Shown: positions 47,649 through 57,940, counted from the stretch's first letter. The stretch: DNA of 64,000 bases from Candidatus Latescibacterota bacterium (GCA_965204375.1 OZ241986.1:1504001-1568000); one strand, 5' to 3'. A program made the numbers and translations. The notes: generated by a model from the letters alone, not told the origin.

Positions 47649-48161
47649 TCAGGTGTCTTCGGTTTTTGGAGTGATGCGAAAGCCCAGGCGTTTGTAGAGG
47701 CGCACGGCGGGTTCACGCCAGAGGGCTGTATTGAGATAGGCGTCGGCATATCCTCGGGCAACGAGTTCTTTGAGGGCGCGGAGTGAGATGACATAACCGA
47801 GCCCATTTCCCCGGTATTTGGGATCGGTGCCAACCCAGTGTATGAGGCCAACTGCTTTTCCTCCGTAATGGGCTTCCCACGCACTGGCGGTTGCGACCAT
47901 AAAATCTCCTTTGAGCGCGACAAAAATGCGCTTGTAATCGCAGCACGGTTCACGGGTAAATGTGGCGTGAAAATTGTCGATGGTCCAGGGTTTTCCGCCT
48001 TCTTCGCCAAAAGCCTCATTTTTCATGCGAATCCATTCTTCTTCTTCGCCGGGCTGAAGCGTGCGAATTGTGAAGCCTTCAGGAACTTTGTATTCGGGAA
48101 GCGGATCGCTGAGAGAGCGGTGCATGCGGATGCTGCTTGTGCGATTAGGTGCAGTATTCAT
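47649..48161 (-). CDS. GNAT N-acetyltransferase
   Basis: VGTDPKYRGNGLG and AVRLYKRLGF motifs. Confidence 0.9.
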   Translation of the reverse strand: MNTAPNRTSSIRMHRSLSDPLPEYKVPEGFTIRTLQPGEEEEWIRMKNEAFGEEGGKPWTIDNFHATFTREPCCDYKRIFVALKGDFMVATASAWEAHYGGKAVGLIHWVGTDPKYRGNGLGYVISLRALKELVARGYADAYLNTALWREPAVRLYKRLGFRITPKTEDT

Positions 48162-48164
48162 AGT

Positions 48165-49175
48165 CTAAAAATCCAGAAAGACAGTTGCCGGACGATTGTT
48201 TTCAATGGATTCGATTATGGCACAGCATACGGCGACGGACCGCGCACCATCAACCGCGTCGATCAGCGGTTTTTCGCCGCGTTCAATGCAGGTCAAAAAG
48301 TGGTCGAGTTCCTGGGGACACGTATGGTCTTCTGCGCGAATTTCAATTGGGAGTTCAGACCATTCTTCGACGTGGGGCATACCGCCGATGAAGAGTTTGT
48401 TGTTGTGAATGGAGCCTCTGGTGCCGTGGTAGCTGAAGTTGAGATTATAGGGAATTTCTGCGCCACAGGAGACCAGGCATTTGCCCAGGGCGCCGGATTC
48501 AAATTTTAAGCCTGCGATAACCGTGTCGTACCAGGGGGCATCGGGAATATTTTTGTTTGTGCCATACGCGCTGACTTCAACGATTTCTCCGGCGAGCCAT
48601 CGCATGAGGTCCAGGGGATGGCAGGCCCCGCCGATAATGGGCAGTTGGCCTTCTTTTTCCGTGTCCATCCACCAGTCGTGACCGGGCAGTGGCAGGAAGG
48701 GTTTGAGGTCGTGGATGTAGTCGCCTTCCACAAAACAGGCTTCTCCCAGCGTGCCGTTGAGAACGAGGTGGTAAATGGTTTCAAATATGTTGCTGAATCG
48801 CGCGCCGTGACCAACCATGACTTGTCGCCCGGATCGTTTGGCTGCATCGACGATTTTTTGACAGTCTTCAACTGTAACCGCGAGGGGTTTTTCCACAAAG
48901 ACGTGCTTGCCCGCGCCGAGCGCGTCGATGGCTTGATCTACGTGTTGTGAGTTGGGCGTGCAGAGATAAATGATGTCGATTTCGGAGTCGGATAGGACGC
49001 TATCGTACTCTGTCGATATTTTATCTGCGCCATATGTCACTTGCAAATCTCTCGCTATCTGTTCGCTGCGCGGCGTTGTACATATCGTTCGCAAATGTGC
49101 ATTGGGATGCGCTGAGATGGCTTTGATGTGCTCGCCACCGATATAGCCCGTTCCTATCACGGCAATCGCGTTCAT
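48165..49175 (-). CDS. Gfo/Idh/MocA oxidoreductase
   Basis: IGTGYIG, GKHVFVEKP and CHPLDL motifs. Confidence 0.9.
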   Translation of the reverse strand: MNAIAVIGTGYIGGEHIKAISAHPNAHLRTICTTPRSEQIARDLQVTYGADKISTEYDSVLSDSEIDIIYLCTPNSQHVDQAIDALGAGKHVFVEKPLAVTVEDCQKIVDAAKRSGRQVMVGHGARFSNIFETIYHLVLNGTLGEACFVEGDYIHDLKPFLPLPGHDWWMDTEKEGQLPIIGGACHPLDLMRWLAGEIVEVSAYGTNKNIPDAPWYDTVIAGLKFESGALGKCLVSCGAEIPYNLNFSYHGTRGSIHNNKLFIGGMPHVEEWSELPIEIRAEDHTCPQELDHFLTCIERGEKPLIDAVDGARSVAVCCAIIESIENNRPATVFLDF

Positions 49176-49288
49176 CGGAGGACCTCCTGTAGTTTGTCCA
49201 ACAAGGCGCAAAAATGTAAGATTGAAAATGTAAAATAAAAAATTAAAAATTGGGTGGTATGTTAAACTAATATGCGAGAGGTGAGACT

Positions 49289-50665
49289 ATGGTACAAGAA
49301 AATCGGTCAAATGTGTTGTTCATTTCGTTTGATGATTTAAATCACTATGTGGGATTTTTGGATCGTGCCCCAAATGCTGTGACCCCTCATTTTAATCGGT
49401 TGGCCGAGCGATGTACAGTATTTGAACGCGCGTATTGTCAGGCGCCGATTTGCAATCCGTCGCGGGCGAGTTTAATGAGTGGGTTGCGACCATCCACTAC
49501 GGGTGTTTATAACAATCGACAGCCGCTCAGATTTTCGGAAGCGGGAAAAAATTGCGTGACACTGCCGCAGCACTTTCGACAAAATGGCTATTTCACAACG
49601 GGCAGTGGCAAGGTATATCACGGAAAATTTCCCGATCCAATGTCGTGGGATTCTTATGTGCCGAGTTTGTTTAATCAATCGCATTCCGGCGCAGGGCCAG
49701 ATCATCATCCCGTAAATGGCATGGCGGGTATGGGCAATCTGGACTGGGGACCGATGGATGTTGCCGATGAAGATATGCAGGATTACAAGGCTGTGAGTTA
49801 TTGTGTTGAGCAATTGCAGGCAAGTCATGAAAAACCCTTCTTCTTGACGTGTGGATTTAAGCTGCCGCATCTGATGTGGCATGTGCCGAGGAAATATATA
49901 GAGGCTTATGATCTGAATGATTTCCATCTGCCCGAGACGTTGGCAAATGATCTGGACGATGTTCCCGAGGTCGCACAACGATGGGCGAATCAAAAGCCGC
50001 ATGCGCGTATCGTAGAAGGAGGTCAATGGAAGGAAGCGATTCGGTGTTATCTGGCGTGTATCAGTTTTGTCGATACGCAAATTGGGCGATTGATAGATGC
50101 ACTGGATGCAAGTGCTTATGCAGAGGATACAGCAATTGTTTTGTGGGCAGATCACGGGTGGCATTTGGGCGAAAAAAGTCACTGGAAAAAGAGTACGTTG
50201 TGGGAAGAAGCCACGCGCGTGCCCTTGCTTATTTCAGCACCGGGTTATTCGCCCGGCACCTGTTCAAAGCCTGTGGGATTGATCGATATTTATCCCACGC
50301 TAATTGCGTTGTGCGGTCTGCCTGGTCGCAGTGGATTGGAAGGACGAAGCCTGGTACCTTTAATGGAAAATCCCAATCGCAACTGGCCCTTTCCCGCAAT
50401 CACCACACACGGGCGAGGCAATCATGCCATACGGTCTGAGCGATGGCGATATATCCGTTATGCAGATGGATCAGAAGAGCTTTACGATCACAGACATGAC
50501 GAGATGGAATGGGACAATCTGGCGCATAGCCCAGAACAGCACGAGGTCAAAGAACTTCTGGCACAATGGTTGCCCGAAAACAATGCGCCGGATGCTGAGA
50601 TTGTCGAATGGCCTGAAGAGAATGAGAGTTATCGGGCGAGGATAGAGGCGATGATGGAAGTGTGA
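49289..50665 (+). CDS. Sulfatase (Cys-type, iduronate/choline sulfatase-like)
   Basis: DDLN, CNPSRASLMSG, GKVYH and DHGWHLGEK motifs. Confidence 0.92.
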   Translation: MVQENRSNVLFISFDDLNHYVGFLDRAPNAVTPHFNRLAERCTVFERAYCQAPICNPSRASLMSGLRPSTTGVYNNRQPLRFSEAGKNCVTLPQHFRQNGYFTTGSGKVYHGKFPDPMSWDSYVPSLFNQSHSGAGPDHHPVNGMAGMGNLDWGPMDVADEDMQDYKAVSYCVEQLQASHEKPFFLTCGFKLPHLMWHVPRKYIEAYDLNDFHLPETLANDLDDVPEVAQRWANQKPHARIVEGGQWKEAIRCYLACISFVDTQIGRLIDALDASAYAEDTAIVLWADHGWHLGEKSHWKKSTLWEEATRVPLLISAPGYSPGTCSKPVGLIDIYPTLIALCGLPGRSGLEGRSLVPLMENPNRNWPFPAITTHGRGNHAIRSERWRYIRYADGSEELYDHRHDEMEWDNLAHSPEQHEVKELLAQWLPENNAPDAEIVEWPEENESYRARIEAMMEV

Positions 50666-50762
50666 AGGATGAAGTGTGAAGGATGAAGTGTGAAGTGTGA
50701 AGAAGTACCCGTCTTGGGGTGGTTGAGTGGGGCCTTCTTACTTCTTACTTCTCACTTCTTTT
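50657..50762. repeat. Inverted pair of heptamer tandem repeats between convergent genes
   Basis: (G/A)TGAAG(G/T) about six times, then CTTCTTA CTTCTTA CTTCTCA CTTCTTT. Confidence 0.7.
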
Positions 50763-52741
50763 CACCATCCATGCACAATATGGCCTGCGTCGGGAAACCA
50801 GATGGCATCAACGCCTGTAGAGATGCCAACGCCAAGCAAGTAGCCGATCATGAGGCCGTACCAGAAGGGCAGAGATTTGCGATAGAGTGCGACACCGCCA
50901 AAGCGCATGATAAGTGCTTTGGTCGCCCATACAACGAGCAGGCTAAAACCATAGCGGCGGGTGGGAAAGGCGATGGCTACGGGATTAAAGGGCCACCATG
51001 AAAAGCGCGTGCGTATGTAAGTCAAAAAACCGGCTATCGCAAATCCCCAGAGCCACACACCCAATTTTTCGATGTCGAAGTAGAGTATTGTCGAGCCTTC
51101 TACATAAGGCACCAGGCGCACGAGATGGTTCCAGTCGCCCAAATAGAGTGGTCCGTTCATTCCGCCGTCCATGTAGCTGCGATACAGCGAATCGGTCGCA
51201 GTTGTGATACAGCCAGTGATGTAGGCGATGGGGATAATGGCCCAGACCATGGGATGTCGCTTGAAGTGGTTGCCCAGCATGCGAAAGTAGTGGGGAACAG
51301 ACATGGTGCCGGTGAGGCGAATGGGCATGCCGGCAAAGCCATTGCGGTTGATCATCCAGATTGTCGTGAGTGTTCCGGGCGACATGTTGGCCGTGCCACC
51401 CATCTGCATCCACACATTGCCTCCCTTATCGGCACCCAGACCGCCGGTACTTCCGGGGGATAAAAAGGTGAATCCGGTTGCTGCGGCGTATTTGGCAACG
51501 CCGAATAGCGCGATAAACATCAAGATGAGCTGCACTATGGTTGCCCACAATTCCATGCCTGCTGCCAGACACCAGCCCGCGAGGAATATGGCCGAAGCCG
51601 CGAGGCCGAGCCAGGCTGTTCGATAGGTGACCGGTGTTCCATCGTCTGAGGCGCGGTTGCTCATCAGCGCACATTCGAGGGTGTTTTTGAGGTGGTTGCG
51701 CGATACCCATAATGACCAGGCCACGAGAAAAACGAGTGCGCCGTGGGATTCGAAGCTGAGTATTTCTGCCGGTGTTGCTTGTTGTCCCTGTAACCCCACT
51801 GTAATGCCAGTCTGGTTCATCAGACCTTCTTTGAGGATGTTGAGGACATTGTAAAACCAGAAGCTGAAGAGCAAGTCGAGCGGGCATAAATAGGCCAGGC
51901 CCATTATCAGGGGTTGCATGCGTAAAAAATATCTCGGATAGTGATAGCCGATGTTTATAGCCATTTGTCCAGCGAGGTCGTAGATGGGAATATGGGGCAG
52001 GGTGTGGACAAAATAACCCGCGATATTCCAGCATATTACAAAGACCGAAATGCCAAATCCCACCCAAAATAGGGGGGCGTGAAAGACGACAGGCAGGCGA
52101 TAGCCGGGTTCTTCGCGCAACATTTCGGTGGGGAAGGTGGCCATCGGAAAGGTGAGACGCTCTTTTTCGTGCCACTGTTTAAAGAATAAGACACTACAAA
52201 AAAAACCAGCCATGACCACGGATAAGCAGGCGGCGGTCCACCAGAAGAGAGGGCGGATCCACGGTTGCCAGGGAATAGCTGTGTTGGGTTCTAATCCCCC
52301 GTAGAGTTGTCCGATGACCACGGGCGATTTTTGCATAAAGAGCCAGTCTGGCAGAAAGGGGGCAATGACATCGCCCACGCGGTTTTCCGGCGATGCGAGG
52401 TGTACCGGGGCAGAAATGTTGGCCAGAAGATAGCCCGCCCAACCCGTGGTGGGCAGGTTGCCCACGAGCCAGACCATGAAGAAGATGGTCAACATTTCCG
52501 TGCGCGATAAGGCGCGTTTTGGCGCGACGAGTTTGAGTATGGCATTGATGCCGACCCAGGCGACAAAGGGAATCAGAGCCGATACGGGCATGTAGTTTTT
52601 GATCATATTCCACGCAAAATGCGTGATGTAGATCGTCATGAGGGCAATGGTCAAGATACCGAGCATGACCGCGCGTACCGTGATCCCTCGATCCTGCACA
52701 TCGGGATGGGTTTCAGGAGATATGTCTGTTTGTATGGCCAT
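50762..52741 (-). CDS. Multi-pass membrane protein, putative OPT-like/DUF6785 transporter
   Basis: Many TM segments; ITVRAV, IPWQPW, QWHEKERLTFP, WWPFNP and KALIMRFGG. Confidence 0.7.
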   Translation of the reverse strand: MAIQTDISPETHPDVQDRGITVRAVMLGILTIALMTIYITHFAWNMIKNYMPVSALIPFVAWVGINAILKLVAPKRALSRTEMLTIFFMVWLVGNLPTTGWAGYLLANISAPVHLASPENRVGDVIAPFLPDWLFMQKSPVVIGQLYGGLEPNTAIPWQPWIRPLFWWTAACLSVVMAGFFCSVLFFKQWHEKERLTFPMATFPTEMLREEPGYRLPVVFHAPLFWVGFGISVFVICWNIAGYFVHTLPHIPIYDLAGQMAINIGYHYPRYFLRMQPLIMGLAYLCPLDLLFSFWFYNVLNILKEGLMNQTGITVGLQGQQATPAEILSFESHGALVFLVAWSLWVSRNHLKNTLECALMSNRASDDGTPVTYRTAWLGLAASAIFLAGWCLAAGMELWATIVQLILMFIALFGVAKYAAATGFTFLSPGSTGGLGADKGGNVWMQMGGTANMSPGTLTTIWMINRNGFAGMPIRLTGTMSVPHYFRMLGNHFKRHPMVWAIIPIAYITGCITTATDSLYRSYMDGGMNGPLYLGDWNHLVRLVPYVEGSTILYFDIEKLGVWLWGFAIAGFLTYIRTRFSWWPFNPVAIAFPTRRYGFSLLVVWATKALIMRFGGVALYRKSLPFWYGLMIGYLLGVGISTGVDAIWFPDAGHIVHGW

Positions 52742-52765
52742 TTGTAAAATCGGAACGAATGTTTG

Positions 52766-54265
52766 TCAGTCCCGAACTTCGTAACCCAGTGATCTGAGTT
52801 TGTCTTCCTGTCCTACGGGTGTATGCAAGGTAGTGTAGAATTTGTCGAGCAGTGCTTTGGGTTGTTGGGGTGTGGATAGGCTTACGATAATGGTGAGGAG
52901 TACACCCGTACTGAGATACCAGACCACCTGGTCCATGAACTCCAGATGGAAATAGTTGCGGGTAATCCACCACACGAGGGCAGAACCGATCAGGCCAGCC
53001 CACGCGCCGTACCCATTGCACCGTCGCCACAAGATACCTCCCCATACTGCGATGCCCCAGAAGGCGGGGAGTGCCGAGAGAAAGCGCCACAATTCGACCA
53101 CGCTGCCAAAAATTTCCGTCACGACAATGCCTGCGATGACCATGAGGATGCCCATAATCCGTCCCGCATTGAGATAGTGGTGGTCGTCTTTTTCTCTCGC
53201 AAAATAGGGTTTGTAAATATTTTCGACAAAGAGTGCCGATCCGGCGACCATAAACGAGTCGCAAGAAGACATAACGGCGGCGAGCATAGATGCCAGCATG
53301 ACACCGACGAGGCCAACGGGTAGCAGGTCGCGTGTTGCCATGCCAAAGACGAGTTCGGGATCGTCTATGTTGGGATAGATAACCATGGCACCCACGCCGA
53401 TGAACGCCCAAGCAATGGTGCAAAAGCGTTTGATCATGTTGCCATAGGTAAATCCTACACGGCCTTCCCATTCTGTTTTGCCAGATCCGCCCATTTCCAT
53501 GCAGTGGGGTTGTCCGGGGATGTTGAACAGGGTATTGATAGTGAGTATAATGACAAATGCGAGGGAGATGCGGTCATAGCCAGGCGGCGGATCATCTGGC
53601 GCGGTGAGTCCAAACACATCCTGTGGTAGTGTTTGATGCAGCCCGGTAAAGCCACCGACTTGATCGAGCAGAAATGGGCAGAGCAGAAAAGACAGAACAA
53701 TGACGAATATGCCCTGGATAAAGTCCGTGATTACAGCCGCTTGCAGGCCGCCTAACAGACCATAGGATACAAATAAAATTGTCATGACAATGATGCAGGT
53801 TTCCGTACTGAGCACACCGCCGGTAATCCCGCTTGCCATTTTTCCCGTGCCTTCGAGCATAATACCCATGGCGAGCACGTAAAAGATGACGCCAAAGATC
53901 GTATATGCCGGGCCGAGGCCTTTGCCAAAACGCTCGTCAAAAAAGTCGCCCGTGGTGATATAGCGCATGCGCCGAAAAAGGGGCATCATGATCCAGTAAA
54001 ACGGGGTGCAAAACAGGGGTAGCCACGCATACCATATCCCGCGCATCCCCATTTTGTAAGAGGCACCGACGACATTAACGGCTGCGTCGGTATGGGTTCC
54101 AGTGCCAAAGGCATGCATGATGAGCACGGCTTTGCCAAATTTGCGCCCGCCCATAAAATAATCGAGTGTGCCTTTGACTCCTCGAGATGCAACGAGGCCA
54201 ATGGTGGTGATGCCCACGAGATAAATGCCAAGTGTGATCACGTCGTAGATGTGCAGACCAAACAT
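52766..54265 (-). CDS. Sodium:solute symporter
   Basis: DYFMGGRKFG, VITDFIQG and LAAVMSS motifs; about 13 TM segments. Confidence 0.9.
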   Translation of the reverse strand: MFGLHIYDVITLGIYLVGITTIGLVASRGVKGTLDYFMGGRKFGKAVLIMHAFGTGTHTDAAVNVVGASYKMGMRGIWYAWLPLFCTPFYWIMMPLFRRMRYITTGDFFDERFGKGLGPAYTIFGVIFYVLAMGIMLEGTGKMASGITGGVLSTETCIIVMTILFVSYGLLGGLQAAVITDFIQGIFVIVLSFLLCPFLLDQVGGFTGLHQTLPQDVFGLTAPDDPPPGYDRISLAFVIILTINTLFNIPGQPHCMEMGGSGKTEWEGRVGFTYGNMIKRFCTIAWAFIGVGAMVIYPNIDDPELVFGMATRDLLPVGLVGVMLASMLAAVMSSCDSFMVAGSALFVENIYKPYFAREKDDHHYLNAGRIMGILMVIAGIVVTEIFGSVVELWRFLSALPAFWGIAVWGGILWRRCNGYGAWAGLIGSALVWWITRNYFHLEFMDQVVWYLSTGVLLTIIVSLSTPQQPKALLDKFYTTLHTPVGQEDKLRSLGYEVRD

Positions 54266-54374
54266 GAATCCTCCAGTGAAAAGCATTTTTATGACGGGGC
54301 AAAATAGGGCGAAGGTTTGAAAATTTCAACTTAAAATTTATATATTTTCTGGTGAATCTAGAAAGGAGGCTGTT

Positions 54375-55232
54375 ATGGACATTTATGAGAAGTATTTTTT
54401 TGATGTAAATGGATATCTGGTTGTGGAGGATATTTTGTCTGCCGAGCAAGTCGCAGCACTCAACGAGGCGATTGATCACAATCGGGATAGGGTTCGAATT
54501 CGAGAAGGGGAGGAGAGGTTGTCGGGTGGTGCGGGTGCCGGTGAGGTTTCTGTTGCACTGGAAGGCACACATGGGCGAGGGGATATCGGGAGTATTTTGA
54601 GATGGCCGAAACCGTGGTGTCAACCCTTCCGCGATTTGTTATCTCATTTGCCAACGATGCACTATATGCTCGATATGATCGGGAATGGGTTCCGCTATGG
54701 CAATGCCAATGGGATTAGCATGACCAGAGGGGCAGAAGGGCATTTGCTTCACGGTGGGGGCGGATTTTTAGGCGGGCATATGTATTTTTGCAAAGACGGG
54801 AAGATGTGGAATAATCTGATTGCCGTGTGTTACCAGCTTGCCGATGTCAATCCCGGCGAAGGTGGGTTTGTGTGTATTCCCGGCAGTCACAAGGCAAATT
54901 TTGAATGTCCGACGGATGTGCGCCGAATGGAACGAGATTTGGGGTGTTTTAAGCATATTCCCATGAAGGCGGGTTCTGCAGTGATTTTTACCGAGGCACT
55001 GACGCATGGCGCGATGCCGTGGACCGCAGATCACGAGCGACGGACCCTGTTGTATCGCTATGCCGCGGGGGGATATGTCAACCCACCCAGTGGCAATGAT
55101 CCCGCGAAATACGCGCCATTTATGGATGAGTTGACACCACTTCAGCAGGCTATTATGCAACCCCCGCACAATGCGGGGCGCCTGGATGTCGCCGCGCTGA
55201 TCAAGGCGGAGGAAAAAGCAAGTGTAAAATAG
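54375..55232 (+). CDS. PhyH-family Fe(II)/2OG oxygenase, copy 1
   Basis: FFDVNGYLVVEDIL, LHGG, IPGSHKA, FTEALTHG and ERRTLL motifs. Confidence 0.88.
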   Translation: MDIYEKYFFDVNGYLVVEDILSAEQVAALNEAIDHNRDRVRIREGEERLSGGAGAGEVSVALEGTHGRGDIGSILRWPKPWCQPFRDLLSHLPTMHYMLDMIGNGFRYGNANGISMTRGAEGHLLHGGGGFLGGHMYFCKDGKMWNNLIAVCYQLADVNPGEGGFVCIPGSHKANFECPTDVRRMERDLGCFKHIPMKAGSAVIFTEALTHGAMPWTADHERRTLLYRYAAGGYVNPPSGNDPAKYAPFMDELTPLQQAIMQPPHNAGRLDVAALIKAEEKASVK

Positions 55233-55405
55233 TGGGCACGTCGTAGGTGTGCAGGTCAAACATGAATCCTCCTGAGCAAAGCGTTTTAATGAGGGAAGAA
55301 ATAGAGTGAAGGCAGAATATTTTCAACCCATAATTCGCTTGACAGAGTGTTTTTTCCTGTCTATATGTTCAATGATACATTTATAGACCAAAGGAGACTA
55401 TAAAC

Positions 55406-55672
55406 ATGGCAAACACGATCAAACTATCTGTGGAATTTCCCGAGTCCTTAGTCGCGGACCTTTGGATAGATGAGGCTACAGTTTCTGCAAAAATGAAAGA
55501 AGCCGTGGTGCTAGATCTTTTTCGCCAAAAGCGCATCTCGATTCGCAAAGGTGCCGAACTATTGGGTCTCTCCTATCGCGAATTTTTGGATCTCCTCTCC
55601 CGTCGCCAAGTCCCGGTCACTGATTACGAAGAGGGTGAGATTGATTGCGATTTGCTTCAACGCGCTATATGA
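55406..55672 (+). CDS. UPF0175 family protein (antitoxin-like HTH)
   Basis: LFRQKRISIRKGAELLGLSYREFLDLL motif. Confidence 0.85.
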   Translation: MANTIKLSVEFPESLVADLWIDEATVSAKMKEAVVLDLFRQKRISIRKGAELLGLSYREFLDLLSRRQVPVTDYEEGEIDCDLLQRAI

Positions 55673-55695
55673 ACTTGTAAATACGTTGTGTAGCG

Positions 55696-55794
55696 GATGG
55701 GTGGTATTGATAGGGTATTGGAGGATCGAAAGGAATACAAAACGAGTAATTAGACAGGAGGAGGTTTTATGAATACAAATTTCTCCCGCGAGGC
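55696..55794 (+). pseudogene. Duplicated leader and first codons of the 2Fe-2S subunit gene
   Basis: Near copy of 57940-58037, including GGAGG and ATGAATACAAATTT (MNTNFS). Confidence 0.75.
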
Positions 55795-55800
55795 GGTAAT

Positions 55801-55837
55801 GGTAGGCGCGGTGGATTAGTTATCCATCGCGCCTACC
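55801..55837. repeat. GTAG-type REP-like palindrome
   Basis: GGTAGGCGCGGTGGAT-TAGTT-ATCCATCGCGCCTACC. Confidence 0.65.
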
Positions 55838-55943
55838 TATTTTTAATGCGAGGCAAATAGGGCGGAAATGAGATATTTGCAACTTTAAATTTGCGCTGTC
55901 ATTTTTCAATGCATCCACGGGATAATCCTGTAAGGAGGTTGTG

Positions 55944-56801
55944 ATGGACATTTATGAGAAGTATTTTTTTGATGTAAATGGATATCTGGTTGTGGAGGAT
56001 ATTTTGTCTGCCGAGCAAGTCGCAGCACTCAACGAGGCGATTGATCACAATCGGGATAGGGTTCGAATTCGAGAAGGGGAGGAGAGGTTGTCGGGTGGTG
56101 CGGGTGCCGGTGAGGTTTCTGTTGCACTGGAAGGCACACATGGGCGAGGGGATATCGGGAGTATTTTGAGATGGCCGAAAACGTGGTGTCAACCCTTCCG
56201 CGATTTGTTATCTCATTTGCCAACGATGCGCTATATGCTCGATATGATCGGCAATGGGTTCCGCTATGGCAATGCCAATGGAATTAGCATGACCAAAGGC
56301 GCAGAAGGCTGTTTGCTTCATGGTGGCGGTGGATTTTTGGGTGGTCATATGTATTTTTGCAGGGATGGAAAGATGTGGAATAATCTGATTGCCGTGTGTT
56401 ATCAACTCGCCGACGTCAATCCCGGCGACGGTGGATTTGTATGTATTCCCGGCAGTCATAAGGCAAATTTTGAATGTCCGACGGATGTGCGCCGAATGGA
56501 GCGGGATTTGGGGTGTTTTAAGCATATTCCCCTGAAGGCGGGATCAGCGGTGATATTTACCGAGGCACTGACGCATGGCGCGATGCCGTGGACTGCGGAT
56601 CACGAGCGACGAACCCTGTTGTATCGCTATGCCGCGGGGGGATATGTCAACCCGCCCAGTGGCAATGATCCCACAAAGTACGCGCCATTTATGGATGAGT
56701 TGACACCACTTCAGCAGGCTATTATGCAACCCCCGCACAATGCGGGGCGCCTGGATGTCGCCGCGTTGATTGAAGCGGAGGAAAAAACAGGTGTTCAATA
56801 A
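55944..56801 (+). CDS. PhyH-family Fe(II)/2OG oxygenase, copy 2
   Basis: Near-identical paralog of 54375..55232. Confidence 0.88.
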   Translation: MDIYEKYFFDVNGYLVVEDILSAEQVAALNEAIDHNRDRVRIREGEERLSGGAGAGEVSVALEGTHGRGDIGSILRWPKTWCQPFRDLLSHLPTMRYMLDMIGNGFRYGNANGISMTKGAEGCLLHGGGGFLGGHMYFCRDGKMWNNLIAVCYQLADVNPGDGGFVCIPGSHKANFECPTDVRRMERDLGCFKHIPLKAGSAVIFTEALTHGAMPWTADHERRTLLYRYAAGGYVNPPSGNDPTKYAPFMDELTPLQQAIMQPPHNAGRLDVAALIEAEEKTGVQ

Positions 56802-56872
56802 ATGCCAGACAAGGGTGCAAAAGCGTTTGATTTACAGGATTTTCTGTTGACAGGCTGTTTTTTTCTATCTAT

Positions 56873-57021
56873 CCTGAATAATTCATGAATTTGCTAAAAA
56901 TTTTCATAATTTTTTGCAGAACAATCAGTTATGTCATGAGTGCCAAAAATTTTTGTTTTGGGGCAATAACTGAAAAGTCCAGTATTTACACAGATTTCTC
57001 AGATTTTATGAATTAGTCGGG
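56873..57021. mobile_element. MITE with IS1380-like terminal inverted repeats
   Basis: Imperfect TIRs CCTGAATAATTCATGAAT and ATTTTATGAATTAGTCGGG, flanked by a 4-bp direct repeat CTAT. Confidence 0.75.
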
Positions 57022-57070
57022 CTATATGTTTAATGTAGATTTGACAATGGTCTATCAATGAAAGAAAAGA

Positions 57071-57940
57071 ATGCAAAAATTGCTGTTTAGTGACAAAGAA
57101 GAACCCTTAAAGGCGGTCAACGTCGCCTCGGTTCCTCAGCGCAGTCCATTTCGATATCCCGGAGGTAAGACATGGTTTGTGCCTCGTCTTCGAGAATGGC
57201 TCATCTCGCAACCAAAACGCCCCAGGCTCATGGTTGAGCCTTTTGTTGGAGGCGGTATTATTTCTTTAACAGCAATTTTTGAGAGCCTGGTCAAAACTGC
57301 GTTGATGGTTGAACTCGATGAGGATGTCGCGGCTGTATGGCAGACGATTATTGATGGTGATGCAGAATGGCTTGCTAAGAGAATACTAAACTTTGAAATG
57401 TCGAGGGAAAACGCTATTGCCGAGATCAATATCCATAGAAGATTAACCAAAGAAAAAGCATTTCAAACTATCATAAAAAACCGCACGTTTCACAGTGGAA
57501 TTTTGGCGGCGGGAGCCGGATTTCTGAAGAATGGCGAATCGGGCAAAGGTGTGCTCTCTCGCTGGTATCCCACCACACTTGCCAAGCGTCTGCGAGCTAT
57601 TAACCTGATGCGAGACAAATTGCGTTTCGAGCATGGTGATGCGTTTGATGTATTGGAGCGATACAAAAATGATGAAGAGGTGGTGTTTTTTATTGATCCC
57701 CCTTATACTGCTGGTGGCAAGAAAGCAGGTAGTCGCCTTTATACGCACTTTGAATTAGACCACGAAGCTCTTTTTGCGGCCTGTAGAAGTCTAAAAGGCG
57801 ACTTTATAATGACTTATGACAATGCTGAAGAAGTTAAAAATCTTGCGCGAAAGCATCATTTAATGGCTAAGCCTATACCCATGAAGAATACACACCACGC
57901 CGCAATGACAGAGCTTGTTATTGGAAGGGACCTGTCGTAG
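57071..57940 (+). CDS. DNA adenine methyltransferase (Dam/D12 class), orphan
   Basis: RYPGGK, EPFVGGG and IDPPY motifs. Confidence 0.9.
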   Translation: MQKLLFSDKEEPLKAVNVASVPQRSPFRYPGGKTWFVPRLREWLISQPKRPRLMVEPFVGGGIISLTAIFESLVKTALMVELDEDVAAVWQTIIDGDAEWLAKRILNFEMSRENAIAEINIHRRLTKEKAFQTIIKNRTFHSGILAAGAGFLKNGESGKGVLSRWYPTTLAKRLRAINLMRDKLRFEHGDAFDVLERYKNDEEVVFFIDPPYTAGGKKAGSRLYTHFELDHEALFAACRSLKGDFIMTYDNAEEVKNLARKHHLMAKPIPMKNTHHAAMTELVIGRDLS

